Shown: piece after piece, positions 24,801 to 43,910 of the stretch
How the letters are laid out: each line of letters begins with the position of its first letter
Position numbering within the stretch: position 1 is the stretch's first letter
DNA from: Felis catus
Taxonomy: Eukaryota
Reading direction: 5' to 3'
Assembly (NCBI RefSeq): GCF_018350175.1
Contig: NC_058368.1
Coordinates: forward strand, 91,948,001 to 92,012,000
DNA: 64,000 nucleotides
Made by a program: the position numbers and the translations under genes
Notes under the pieces: model-generated
Told to the model about the DNA's origin: nothing
Seen by the model: only the letters and a program-made list of their open reading frames with translations
Database searches by the model: none

Positions 24801-27748
24801 AAAGGTCACCATTTCTGAGTCCACCAAAGATAGTGACATAAACTTCCACAAGTTTCCTGGGTCTCTGTCCCTAGCCAAGCTAGGGCCAGTGCCAGCAGCC
24901 TGTGACAGTGACGTGCGAGAGAAACCCCCCTGCCTGAGGGCTTCTGTCCAGAGACACCGCCACTGTTCTCTTTTGGAGGAAGCAGTGCTAGCGTCCTGAA
25001 TGTATGCTTTTCTTGAAATCAGCCTCGTGCCGAACATACGTGTCACCGAGGAGTCGAGTGGGGCCAGCGGGTACCACAAATTTGCATGGGGAAGGGGCAG
25101 TGATGGAGGCACAGAGATGAACAGATACAGGACCAAACCTCAAACCTCATTTTATTCCTTTTTCCAGGGTTTCCCTGGACCCCGAGGAGAGAAAGGTGAC
25201 CGGAGCGAACGTGGAGAGAAGGTGGGGGTCGGTGGAGGCTGGGATGGGGGCGCAGCAGGGCAGGGGTGGCTGCCAGCTGGAGGCCCATCCCTCTGAGAGG
25301 CGGAGGAGGGGTCCTGAACCTGGCAGCCTTGGCCACACACCCATCTCCTTCCTTGTGCAGGGGGAGCGAGGAGTCCCGGGCCGGAAAGGTGTGAAGGGCC
25401 AGAAGGGTGAGCCGGGACCTCCAGGCCTGGACCAGCCGTGTCCAGTGGTACGTGTCGGGGCAGAATGGGAGCCCCAACCCAGGTCTTTGCCGCCTCAGGC
25501 CAGGGTCAGGCCAACGTCTTCCCTGTCCTCAGAGCTCACTCGCAGGCCCCAGAGACCACCGCAGCTGTCACTGCCATCATGGAGGCACCTCTCTCATTCT
25601 GGTCCTGACTCCCCACCCTGAGCGTGCCTCAGGGGGACCCACCCCCTCAGTGTTTGCCAGGGTCACTGCCCATCTCTTTTCAGCTTCCTTGGCGCTACAG
25701 AGGATTAGGACACCCTCACCTCTCTGGGTGGGTGTCCCTTGCTGGTATGGGTGGCCCCATGCGGCCCCTGCACCCACTCTGCATGCCCCAAAGTCCCTCC
25801 CTGCTCCCCACACCTTCCTCCTTTCCTTCTCTCTCACGTCAGCCCCTGAGGCCCACTGGACTGCAGGCCAGAAATTACCACAGTTCACTCCCCTCCCCGG
25901 AAGGCTGGGAGGGTCCACACGTCACACTCTTCCATGGAGCTCACAAAAGACAGGAAAGAGAAAACAGGGACCTTCCACACTAAGACTGAGCAGATGTTCA
26001 TACCTGGCCACCCGGCCATGAGGGGTGCTGGCTGCCTTTCAAAGGGGGATCAGGGTGAGGGACCCCAGATGCTCAGTCCTCTGACTGCCCGTGAGTCACA
26101 CCAGCCCTCTGGTTCCTCAGTCTCCTCATCCAAGCAGTGGGGGTACTAGGCCCTGCCTCTAGGGCCACTAGGTGGTCTTGGGGAGTCACTGAGAGAAATA
26201 GGAGGGTGGTGACCGTATTCAAAAAGTGCAGGGACAGAGGAGAGACGTGGTGGCCCAGCCTCGCAACTCCAGGCCCGGGGCCAAGACTTCCCTCCGGGTC
26301 ATTCAGCCTTTGTCTTTGAAACAGGAGAACCTTAAATGTGGAGGCCAGCGAGGGGCACCGGGCTCCAGGGGCCTGGCGAGGGGCAGCGGGCCCTGCCCTG
26401 TGGTATGCGGTCTGGCCTGCTGTGTGCTGTGCTGTGCATTCCGGGCACCTGTGCCCACTGTTCTACCCCCTCCTCTCTCCTGCCTTCCTTTCCTTCCTGC
26501 CCCTCCCCCCCACTTCCCTGTGGGCCCCAGCCCGTGACCCTGGTAGATGTCTGGCAGCTCCATGGAATGTGTTCCTGTGTGTGCCTCTGGAATGAAGAAT
26601 TTTCCCCCCGGGGTTCCCCAAGGACTCTAGGCTGCCTGATGGGTCCCTCCCCAGTTCCCTTACCCTCCAGGCCGCCCTAGAAACCTTCCCCACCCCACCT
26701 TGTGTCTGAGTGCTGGGCTGGCATCGGCATGCTGGCACCCCCAGACAACCCCCATTCCCCACCCCGGTTTCTACCCTGACAGCCTCATTCTGCCCTGCCA
26801 CCCAGATCCAGACACAAGGACCAGGACAGGCCAGAGGGGGATCCCGCTTCCTGGACTGCCCTTCAAAACACTCTTGGAGAAACTCCTGAGAGCTCTCAGG
26901 CCCCCCCCCCCCCAGTGTAAGGGGCCAGAGCCACCATCATGGCTGCGGGCAGGAAGCCATGAAGCCCCTCGGTATCTCCTGGCCAGCAGATTCCAGCACA
27001 GTACCTGATACTCCACAGTGCCCTGGTTCTGTCCCTGCTCTAGTGTCCCAACAAACCAAGCCCCATGGGGGCGCACTCGGGACAAGCCCAGTGAGAGGCC
27101 CTCATGTCTTGTGACCCGACTACCCAGGTGGACAGGCGTTCGGGCCCTGCCTCAGTGGGGTCCAGTGGCCTCGTGTGGCAGCTCCCTCAGCTCTGCCTCC
27201 CTACACACGGGGCAAGGGTGTACAGAGTGTAGGGAGCTGATCAAGTCCCCCACCCCCATCCCCACTGAAACATTTTTCTTTTCCAGGGCCCTGATGGGCT
27301 GCCCGTGCCTGGCTGCTGGCATAAGGTAGGGAGGAGTCTCTAGGACAGGCTGTGAGGAGGGCGGCGGTGGGGGTGGGGGAGACCCCAGGGGCTGGGTGTC
27401 CGCGGTTCCCCACACAGTGACTGAATAGCCAGGTTTCCCTGGGATGACACGACCCCAGCTCTGACTCTCCCATCGTGTGGCCCCAGGCTTGGGGCTGTGG
27501 TCCCGGGTGACTAGTCCACCCTGTTGGTCAGTCGGGGCTCGCCCAGCACCTGGCCCAGCCAGCGCAAAGCCATCTGCACCCCCCTGGGACTTTGCCCAAA
27601 CTGCCCCACTGAGAGGGGGTGAAAGCCAAGAGCCGGGCATGAGAGGATTGGGGGCGTGCCCGTTCTAGAAGAAATGGACAGGACAGGGTGCTCAGATCAG
27701 GGCAGGGCCTCCCTCCTCACCTTCAGTCTCTCCCTCCTCTTCCAGTGA
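867..27748 (+). CDS. COL23A1: Collagen type XXIII alpha 1, 3' portion (23 coding exons plus stop exon; 5' exons lie upstream of the window)
   Basis: Manual splicing of GT-AG exons gives an uninterrupted 396-aa Gly-X-Y protein with non-collagenous inserts ([33 protein letters not shown]) and the C-terminus [20 protein letters not shown], matching recalled mammalian COL23A1. Adjacent to PHYKPL as in human. Confidence 0.97.
1376..1960 (+). repeat. Compound (GGAT)n/(GGAA)n purine-rich microsatellite
   Basis: Direct inspection; source of the spurious PSFL/HPSI minus-strand ORFs. Confidence 0.95.
2439..2465 (+). CDS. COL23A1: COL23A1 exon GLPGPKGEK (27 bp)
   Basis: Poly-T tract, ctccag|GGA...AAG|gtaagt. 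Confidence 0.95.
3834..3860 (+). CDS. COL23A1: COL23A1 exon GAPGDFGPR (27 bp)
   Basis: tctcag|GGT...CGG|gtaaga. Confidence 0.95.
5215..5720. mobile_element. Old MaLR (MLT1) LTR, diverged
   Basis: ggtttaaaacaacaat...tcacttccactgtatattattggtc...gcggccatctttg motifs. Confidence 0.55.
6920..7105 (-). mobile_element. Carnivore tRNA-derived SINE (SINEC)
   Basis: Reverse complement of the ggggcacctgggtggctcag head, (GA)n and poly-T. Confidence 0.92.
7173..7413 (+). mobile_element. SINEC inserted into an old antisense L1 fragment (about 7110-7980)
   Basis: Head, (CT)n and A-tail; TSD agaaataatacccc on both sides. Confidence 0.92.
8433..8549 (+). CDS. COL23A1: COL23A1 exon [39 protein letters not shown] (117 bp)
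   Basis: ttccag|GGA...GAG|gtaaga; 13 Gly-X-Y triplets. Confidence 0.96.
9347..9382 (+). CDS. COL23A1: COL23A1 exon [12 protein letters not shown] (36 bp)
   Basis: cctcag|GGT...ATG|gtcagt. Confidence 0.94.
9767..9793 (+). CDS. COL23A1: COL23A1 exon GLKGPPGPK (27 bp)
   Basis: ttccag|GGC...AAG|gtgggt. Confidence 0.94.
10260..10286 (+). CDS. COL23A1: COL23A1 exon GEPGIPGKK (27 bp)
   Basis: cctcag|GGT...AAG|gtgagg. Confidence 0.94.
10511..11452. mobile_element. MER5A-like hAT MITE split by a MER21-like LTR (about 10572-11385)
   Basis: Termini cagtggttctcaaa / tttgggaaccattg; the internal tgtgattta...ctcctaaaac...tttggtgaccagaa resembles recalled MER21. Confidence 0.65.
11690..11880 (-). mobile_element. 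SINEC
   Basis: Antisense SINE with (TTTG)n tail. Confidence 0.9.
12131..12184 (+). CDS. COL23A1: COL23A1 exon [18 protein letters not shown] (54 bp)
   Basis: ccacag|GGA...AAG|gtaggt; one Gly-position Ser imperfection. Confidence 0.95.
12699..12761 (+). CDS. COL23A1: COL23A1 exon [21 protein letters not shown] (63 bp)
   Basis: ttgcag|GGC...AAG|gtgcct. Confidence 0.95.
13196..13240 (+). CDS. COL23A1: COL23A1 exon [15 protein letters not shown] (45 bp)
   Basis: ccacag|GGA...CGG|gtaagc. Confidence 0.95.
13372..13581 (-). mobile_element. SINEC
   Basis: Antisense SINE ending ccacccaggtgcccc. Confidence 0.9.
14367..14563 (+). mobile_element. SINEC
   Basis: TSD aaaaatctgaagaac on both sides. Confidence 0.92.
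14932..15009 (+). CDS. COL23A1: COL23A1 exon [26 protein letters not shown] (78 bp, includes a non-collagenous linker)
   Basis: ccttag|GGT...AAG|gtaggt. Confidence 0.96.
15096..15315 (-). mobile_element. SINEC
   Basis: Antisense SINE; TSD-like aatc(t/c)tgcact. Confidence 0.9.
16087..16545 (+). mobile_element. SINEC with a young SINEC_Fc (16277-16516) nested in its A-tail
   Basis: Outer TSD aaaaatacatattgtg; inner TSD aataaataaacacta. Confidence 0.92.
17311..17364 (+). CDS. COL23A1: COL23A1 exon [18 protein letters not shown] (54 bp)
   Basis: atacag|GGT...AAG|gtcagt. Confidence 0.95.
18022..18066 (+). CDS. COL23A1: COL23A1 exon [15 protein letters not shown] (45 bp)
   Basis: tcctag|GGC...AAG|gtctct (weak donor). 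Confidence 0.93.
18119..18207 (+). repeat. (TG)n-rich microsatellite
   Basis: Direct inspection. Confidence 0.9.
18928..19017 (+). CDS. COL23A1: COL23A1 exon [30 protein letters not shown] (90 bp)
   Basis: tcacag|GGT...CCG|gtaggt. Confidence 0.95.
19842..19904 (+). CDS. COL23A1: COL23A1 exon [21 protein letters not shown] (63 bp)
   Basis: ctgcag|GGC...CTG|gtaagg. Confidence 0.95.
20248..20304 (+). CDS. COL23A1: COL23A1 exon [19 protein letters not shown] (57 bp)
   Basis: tcctag|GCT...ATG|gtaaga. Confidence 0.94.
20581..20607 (+). CDS. COL23A1: COL23A1 exon GLQGIQGPK (27 bp)
   Basis: ctccag|GGC...AAG|gtgagt. Confidence 0.95.
21564..21626 (+). CDS. COL23A1: COL23A1 exon [21 protein letters not shown] (63 bp)
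   Basis: ttgcag|GGC...CCT|gtgagt. Confidence 0.95.
21712..21765 (+). CDS. COL23A1: COL23A1 exon [18 protein letters not shown] (54 bp)
   Basis: acccag|GGG...AAG|gtaacc; preceded by an 85-nt intron. Confidence 0.95.
21969..21995 (+). CDS. COL23A1: COL23A1 exon GRPGEPGLD (27 bp)
   Basis: cctcag|GGA...GAT|gtaagt. Confidence 0.95.
22175..22335 (+). repeat. (GGAT)n-like microsatellite
   Basis: Direct inspection. Confidence 0.9.
22337..23077 (+). mobile_element. Cluster of three sense SINECs (about 22337-22470, 22637-22835, 22877-23077)
   Basis: Three SINE heads; first copy 3'-truncated. Confidence 0.88.
23907..24415. mobile_element. ERVL-type solo LTR (MER76/MER77-like; family uncertain)
   Basis: tgtaactgcaggg...ttttaagatgtcaaaacat resembles recalled ERVL LTR consensus. 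Confidence 0.5.
24511..24715 (+). mobile_element. SINEC
   Basis: Head, (CT)-rich region and A-tail. Confidence 0.9.
25168..25221 (+). CDS. COL23A1: COL23A1 exon [18 protein letters not shown] (54 bp)
   Basis: ttccag|GGT...AAG|gtgggg. Confidence 0.95.
25361..25447 (+). CDS. COL23A1: COL23A1 exon [29 protein letters not shown] (87 bp)
   Basis: gtgcag|GGG...GTG|gtacgt. Confidence 0.96.
26325..26402 (+). CDS. COL23A1: Putative alternative cassette exon of COL23A1, [26 protein letters not shown] (78 bp)
   Basis: tttgtctttgaaacag|GAG...GTG|gtatgc; phase 0-0, no stop, short Gly-X-Y run, ends in PCPV like the preceding exon. Confidence 0.6.
27287..27325 (+). CDS. COL23A1: COL23A1 last amino-acid-coding exon [13 protein letters not shown] (39 bp)
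   Basis: ttccag|GGC...AAG|gtaggg. Confidence 0.96.
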
Positions 27749-28790
27749 CCCCCGCACCCAGCTCACAACCTGTACAGATGCGTGTGGACGTTTTTAATTT
27801 TTGTAAAAACAGAACAGTAATATATTGATCTTTTTTTCACGGGATGCACCACCTGTGGCCTTGTCGCATTTAAGAGCATGGCCTGGCCCAGCCCTGGAAC
27901 AATCAGCACGTGGAGCTGGCAGGAAAGGGGACGGGCCGGTCCAGGGTAATTGTGTACCCAAGGGGCAGCCGTGGGACTTGGCTCTCCCGGGAAGGAGACG
28001 AAGGTGAAAGTGCCTGGCTCAGGAGGGGCTGCAGAGATGCTGGCTTGGGCCCTCAGCCACCTGATTAGCAGAGAGACTGTCCCCTGAGGTTCTGGAGCCC
28101 TGGGGCCCACCCCATCCAGAAAGGTCCGGGACTTGGATGACAAACGCAGCTGCCCCAGCTTCTCTGGCCTCTGGACTTGGCCACAGCCAGCTGCCCGCCC
28201 CTTGGGGCCCCTCTGGGCCTTGGCTTCACCGGGACAGGACAAGATTTCTGCCCAGCACTTGCAGCTGGATGCTGCAAGCTTTGGGGAGCACGCTGCGCCC
28301 CCACTCCCACCAAGCTCAGTGGGCCTCAGGAAGCTAGCCTGCCATGAGAACACGTGCCCTCTGGCCCGGAGGAGACCACCACCCGTGGACCCAGCTGCAA
28401 GGAGCCTCTCGATCCTCGAGTGTGGAGGACGGCGGGTCCCAGACTGGAGTGGCTGCTGCACCCAGAAGAGGGTCATGATGGGACTTTGCCAGCCCAAGGA
28501 GACTGGCCCGCAGCTCAGAGTTGGGGTCTCCTCTTGCCCCAACTCTCCCACCCGGGAGAGCTCCGGTCAGCCTGCCAGAAATGGTCCTTCAGATGAGCTG
28601 TGCAGACGAAGAAGGCGTGGGTGGATTCCCGGCCAGCCCGAGCAGGGGGTCTGCAACCCCAGCCACCGTGCTCTGAGGAGAGGCTCCCCCACCTCTGACA
28701 GCTGTCATCCCCAGCCCAGATGCTTGCCTCCTTTCTCTGTATAGACGGTTATCGCTGCGTGTAATAAACCACAGTGTGTGTCTGGGTGTG
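27746..28790 (+). other. COL23A1: COL23A1 terminal exon: TGA stop plus ~1 kb 3' UTR (3' end approximate)
   Basis: Pyrimidine tract then ttccag|TGA; AU-rich proximal UTR; AATAAA at 28763. Confidence 0.88.
28763..28768 (+). terminator. Polyadenylation signal of COL23A1
   Basis: AATAAA preceded by TGTA and followed by a GU-rich tract (gtgtgtgtctgggtgtg). Confidence 0.8.
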
Positions 28791-29049
28791 CCTGTCCTTG
28801 CAGACTGCCCCTGAGCACCTCTGGGCAAGGTTTCAGCCTGGCCTTTGCTGGCTGGGCAGGTACAAGGGACAATTCCTGGGTCAGAGCCCCCCCTTCCCCC
28901 CCAGAAACCAGAGGAAGCTGTTCAGGGTCAGGGCAAAGATAGGGTTTGGTGTTAGAAAGACAGACTCAAGGCCTGGCCGGCTACGTACCGGCTGAGTCCT
29001 CCATCCAGTCATCATGTCACGGACTCCCTATACTCTCCTCCGATCCAAC

Positions 29050-29450
29050 GGCCAATGACTGTTACATGACAGATCACCCTAAAGCTTACCTTAAAACAGC
29101 AATGTTTCTTTCTTACAGTTCTAGGGGTGATAGGCTCAGCTGTGTAGTTGTCACTCAAGCTCTCCTACGCATGGTGGCCCATGCTGGCTGTTACCTGGGA
29201 CCTCAGAGAGCCAGGACACCTCTCTGTGTGGTCTGGGCTTCCTCCCAGCACAGCTGCTGGATCCCCACGGTGCATGAGCCAGGTGGACCAGGCAGCAAGC
29301 TGTGTCACCGTTTACAGCCAGGCCTCAGAAATCAGATGGTGTCACTTCCTGCCAGAATCAGAGGCTCACCCTCATTCAAGGGGAAAGTGCCAACATCATC
29401 TTTAAGGAGAAAACGTGGGATAGTAGATCTCGTGGCAGCCATCTTAGAAC
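29050..29450. mobile_element. Old MaLR (MLT1) LTR between the two genes
   Basis: cttaaaacagcaatg...tgtcacttcctgcc...ggcagccatctt motifs. Confidence 0.5.
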
Positions 29451-31297
29451 ATTCAAATCCGCCACCTCCTCTGGAAAATGGGACAGCAATGCTTACCCCT
29501 AGGACAGGTCAGGCACCAGGAAGCGTTTTTGGTTCGGAATCCCTTCTCTTTTCTCCATTCTGAGACCAAGCCAGGGCCACAGTCTTGCAGGATGTTTGTA
29601 TTTCCCTCATTGCAGCTGGTCCTCATAACAACCCTGGGGGAGGAACCCAGTGAGGATGCCCATTTCACAGATGACAAAACCAAGCACATCCAGGGTAGTA
29701 CGGACAAGAACAGGCCTGCAGTGATGGTATCTCAGGTCTTCTGTTTCCAAGGGGTAACACTAAGGAAACCCCAGTATGGGGAGTCTGCCCAGGTCACGCT
29801 ACGTGGCTTCCTCACTATGCAGAAGAGGCCCAGCCACACACTGCTAGGGAGGAGGAAAGTATCAACTCCCCAGCTCTGTCTCCCTAAGTTGTTGGCAGTA
29901 AGTGGCGGGCCGTGCTGCTGGCTGGCCAATCGTGTGGCTCACTGGGGAAGCTGGTAGTGTGGAAGGGGACAGAAACAAAGTGGGGCTCTGAGGGCTGATG
30001 GAGATCACTGGGTGTCCGGGCATCCTTGGGAGCCCCAGCAAAACTTTACAATTCGGCTGGACGCTACAGTTAATCCGCTTCTCCCTCTACCTGGGTGATT
30101 CACTGGATCCCATAACCAGCCCTTTGAAGGAAGGACAGGCCTCCATGATTGGTGTCACTGTTTCCACTTCACATATGGGGAAACTGAAGCACTTGAGCAG
30201 GGGGACACCTGCCCAGGGATGCACAGCCAAGACAGTTGTGGGTGGCAGGCAGACTGGACCCAGGTCCTTGGATATCCTCCAGTTTGTCCTTCCAAATTGG
30301 CCGGGCATGGAGTCTGCTAGGCAGTGTCATGATGCTGGGTGATTGGCAGGCAGATCCTGAAGGGAGGAAGAAACCACCCCTTTGGCAAGACAAGGCCATC
30401 CATGGCCCACTGTTGCCCCCTTGTGGCCTCATACCGTGTATCGTCAGGTCTGCAAATTTCAACAAGCTTCAAAACACAGAGCCCACAGAGTCTTCCAAGA
30501 GCTTGGGCAGGGGCAAAACACTACAGAAGAATGAATGATGTGCTTGAGGTCCCAGCTGAGACTCAGTGCGGGGGCGGGAAGGTGGGGGGGGGGGGTCCCT
30601 GCCTCACAGCTGAGCCTCAAGGACTGAGAGCTTCATGGCCCTCTGCTGAGAAAGTCAGTTTGGCCTCACACTACCCCCTTCCAAAGCGAGGGAAGCACAT
30701 TTACTGAGCCCCGCTGCGTGCCATGGCAGCTAAGCTAATCACAAGGATTACTGTCACCTTTTCCAGATGAGCTGAGGCTGAAGAGGAGCAGGCTCACCCA
30801 GGCCTCGTTCTTCCTGATCCCCAAGATACTGCTAGAAACACACAGGGTGCTTGAGATTGTCACAATGATTGGGGAACACTCCTGGGACTCAAATCCCAAT
30901 TCAGCCACTTCTTCCCATCCCTGCCCTGGTACTCCGAGGCCCACACTTGAGATAACAGGAGTGCTGAGCCTGGGGCCAGAGGAAAGAAGGAGTGGGCTTC
31001 TCTGAGCAGGAAGAAGGGGAAGCTTCCTAGTGTTGCCCCAACCCTACTGGAGACACTCTTGGCCCAGGAATTGGGCCAGCCTGGCCTGCGGCTGTACTGC
31101 CCCCCTGACCCTGGACACCCCCGGAGTAGATGAGATGTGAGCTGGACCTGAGTGCAACCTTCTCACTCTTACCCCAAGGCAGGAACAGTCCCAGAGCCGA
31201 CCTGACTTCTCTGAGCTGCCCTGGGCCATTAGAGGCTTGTGTTTTGGGGATAGAAACAGGGCCAAAGATGGGGCCTAAACAGGACTCTCAGACTCGC

Positions 31298-31480
31298 ACA
31301 CACACACACACACACACCCCGCCCCCACCAGCCTGCCTTCTAACTCAGCCTAGGAAGACAGAAAGGTTCTGGAGATGGTTGGTGGTGATGGTTGCATGTG
31401 AATGTACTTAATGCCATTGAACTATACACTTAAAAATGGTTGCAATGGTAACATTATGTATATGATACCACAATTTTAAA
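31298..31480 (+). repeat. (CA)n followed by an old L1M 3' end fragment
   Basis: ttctggagatgg...gtacttaatgccattgaactatacacttaaaatgg is a typical L1M 3' UTR motif. Confidence 0.75.
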
Positions 31481-32443
31481 AAAGTGAAACCCCAAACGCT
31501 CTTTAATAAATACCTTAAGCATTTTCCAGCATGGGGGAAGGGATGAAGAAATCAGCAACAAAGGGAGCAGAGCAGAGAGCTGAGAATCGTGACCGGTGAC
31601 AGGAGGGACAGCAGGAACCTCCCCTTCCTCAGCTTGCTCAGGCCTCGACCTAAGTCCCTTGTTCTGGGTTTGTCAAGGCAGAAAGTCCCAGGGCCCCACC
31701 CCGGTTGGGGCTATGCCTCTGGTAGCGCAGCTTCCCAGCCCGTTGGGGGCCATTTCTTCTCATTCACTGCACTGAACGTCAGAGTCAAACAGACCTGAGC
31801 TGGAGTCCAGTCTCTGCTACACACTTGCTGGGTGCCTGGGAGCAAAGCCCCTTTCCTTCCTGGGCCTGAGTTTCCTGGCCGCGGACTATAAGGCTGAGCA
31901 GGCCTCCCAACGCTCTTCCTGCCTACACTGCACGACTCTCTCAGTGTTTACAGAACTCTGTTCACCCTCCCTGGATTCTAGCAGGAGTCATGCCGCCCTG
32001 AAGGTCATGCTCATGCCCAGGACCCTCTTGGTCAGTCCCAGCAGTGACCCTGTTCCCTCCTGAAATTGGGAAGTCCTAGGTCTTGCCCCAGCATTGACAA
32101 TCTCCTCTCCAGCCCTGAGGCCCCTGCTGTGAACCAGGCCCTGGGCTAGGTGTCAGTCACACATTCCCAGTTAACTCACAGGGCAACCCATTTTATCCAC
32201 CAGTAAGGAGACGCGGGAAACAGCCCTGAGCTCAGAGCCCTGCTGGGACAGAAAAAAGCGGTGGGGTCACCCAAGAACCCTTCCCAGAGACGGAAACTGC
32301 GAGGTGCCAGGGGCAGGAGGCGGGCGCTGCGTCTCCGGGGCCCGCGACGGGGGGCGGGGCCCGCGACGGGGGGCGGGGTTGGCGGCCGAGCGTGCAACAG
32401 GCTTCTCTGCGCTGCGTCTCCGCGCAACTGCCCGCCCGGTGCC

Positions 32444-41616
<9,173 letters not shown>

Positions 41617-41732
41617 TAAAGAGCAAAGGCCACAGGCCTAGCACTGTGCCCAGTGCACAGATTTCTAAGATGCTGTCCTTGGGGGTTACTGGGGTTACTG
41701 TAGGTCAGAGGGAAAAATATACACAACCTTAA

Positions 41733-41938
41733 TTTTTTTTTTTTTAATGTTTCTTTATTTTTGAGAGAGAGAGCTTGAGCAGAGGAGGGGCAGAGAGAGG
41801 GGGAGACAGAGTCCCAAGCAGGCTCCATGCTGTCAGCACAGAGCCTGTTGTGGGGCTCAAACCCACAAACCAAGATCAGTAAGATCATGACCTGAGCCAA
41901 AGTCTGACGCTCAACCAACTGAGCCACCCAGGTGCCCC
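41733..41938 (-). mobile_element. SINEC
   Basis: Antisense SINE about 180 bp downstream of PHYKPL exon 8. Confidence 0.9.
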
Positions 41939-43910
41939 ACACACCTTTTAAAAACTCGCATCAATTTAAAAGCTGTCTCAAGAGACGGTGCCTTGTAAAG
42001 TATGCAGAATGAATACAAGAGGCCCTCTCTCCCTGCTGGGTGTCATGCCCTGTGCCTGAGCTGATGCAGATGTGTGAGGAGCTCCATCTGTCTGGGTGAC
42101 TAGTGGTCTGGGAGCAGAGTTAACATTCCAGTTGGAGCTTTGAGGAGGGCATGGCTCCCTGTCCTTGGGCGGGGCGGGGGGGGGGGTGGCTAGAGAGCTT
42201 TCCCTAAGTTCAGCGGCACTGAGAGAACATGCAGGGGGTGAGGGGAGCACGGTCATCAGCAGGGGCTTCCTCAGAGCTAAGGAGTCAGGACCCATCCTGA
42301 CGTCAGTGACGAGCCATGACGAGCCATGGAAGGGTTTTAACTGGGGACAGATGAGGTCTGAAATACACTCGAGAAGGATCTCTGGTGATCAGTGTAGAGA
42401 AAGAACCAGAGGTGGGGAAACGGATCCAGAAGGATCTTGTCTAGGACAGGAAGACCCAAGTCTGGGCACAGGCCACAGGGAGGACATGGGCAGGGACAGC
42501 GTCGAGGGAAGAACTCACTATGACTTCTCAAAAAAGAGCCAGTTCAAATTGGGGCTGAAACATGTCAGGATTGGGCAAGGTGGGCAAAAGTTGGCAGAGG
42601 TCGTTAAGGGTGAGGGCTGATGGTTTGGTAAAGCGTCACTTTGTGTCCAGGAGACACGCAGATAGAGCTCCTGCCCTGGACCAGACCTGTAGACACCTGA
42701 CCTTGGAGGCGTGGACAGCTTGCATTCGGGGACAGCACAAGGGACGAGGGATGTGGGAGGGAGGGCGGAGAAGGGGTGTCCTGTGAGTGGGGCGTCTGGG
42801 GGAACAGGGAGGAGCAGCCCTGGGAGCAGGAAGGAGTGTGTTGTGAGGGCTGAAAGACAGATCTGGGTTTTTATTTCTTTGGCTTAACCTGAAGTGCCCA
42901 TAGTTAGATCATACAAACCGTGGTTCATGAAGATTCATCCTCTGTCCCTGCACAGTCCTCTCTTCATTAGCCAGCTATCCAGGTACTTTTATTTATGTAA
43001 TAAGCATCCAAGAAGCCATTATTCCAAATGAAAGTTAGGACCTAGACAGTAACCTGCATCTACCCGTATGGTTGCTCCCCAGTCCCATCTCATTGCCTCT
43101 GCCACCCCGGTAACCATCACCACGTTCATTATTTATTCTGGTTGTTTTTTTAACCTTATAAAACGTGTATCATGCTGTGTGTTGTCTTTGGAGATTTGTT
43201 TTTTTCACCTAACATTAAGTTACTAAGAATTGTCCACATTGCTTGTCGCTGAAGTTTGTTGTTGCTTTAAGGGTATGTGTTTACTTTGAGAGAGACAGAG
43301 ACATTCCGGGGTCGGGGGGGGGAGGGACACAGAGAGAGGGGTTGAGAGAGAATCCCAAGCAGGTTCCATACTGTGAGCACAGAGCCCAACTCAAAGCTTG
43401 AACTCATGAAACCTGAGATCATGACCTGAGCTGAAACCAAGAGTCAGACGCTTAACCGACTGAGCCACCCAGGCACCCCTGAAGCTTGTTTTGACTGCTT
43501 TATACTGTCCCCACCATATGAATGGGCCCTGGCTTATTTGTCCATTCCTCTTGATGTGCTCTGGGGTTGTCCCCATGTTTTTTGCTGCTATAAATAACTT
43601 TTATAAGTTTCTGTTGTACATGTGCAAGAGTCTGTCTTAGGAATAGACCCTACAAGTGTAATTGCTAGGTCATGGGGGTCTGTGTTCACCTCCATTTTAA
43701 CAGATGATGACATCTGTTTTCCACAGTAGGTCACAAGTTAGCATCCTGCCTGTGGCAGGTAAGAGATTCTGTGGGTCTGCTTCCTCTCAAATGCCTTTTA
43801 ACATTTGCCGGGCAAGTAAGGTTAAAATGGTAGCCCCTCATGTCAGGGAGTGTTCTTGATACGCCATCCCCTGGTTTCAAATTACGTGAAACATCTCTTC
43901 ATATGTTTTT

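Noticed and set aside
12131..25221. Gly-position Ser residues (TPSQP, DRSER) as possible deleterious collagen mutations
   Set aside because: Both imperfections are in the human protein as I recall it, so they are normal features.
27763..28744. 262-aa (-) and 203-aa (+) ORFs
   Set aside because: They lie in the GC-rich COL23A1 3' UTR, have no recognisable domain, and stop scarcity is expected at this GC content.
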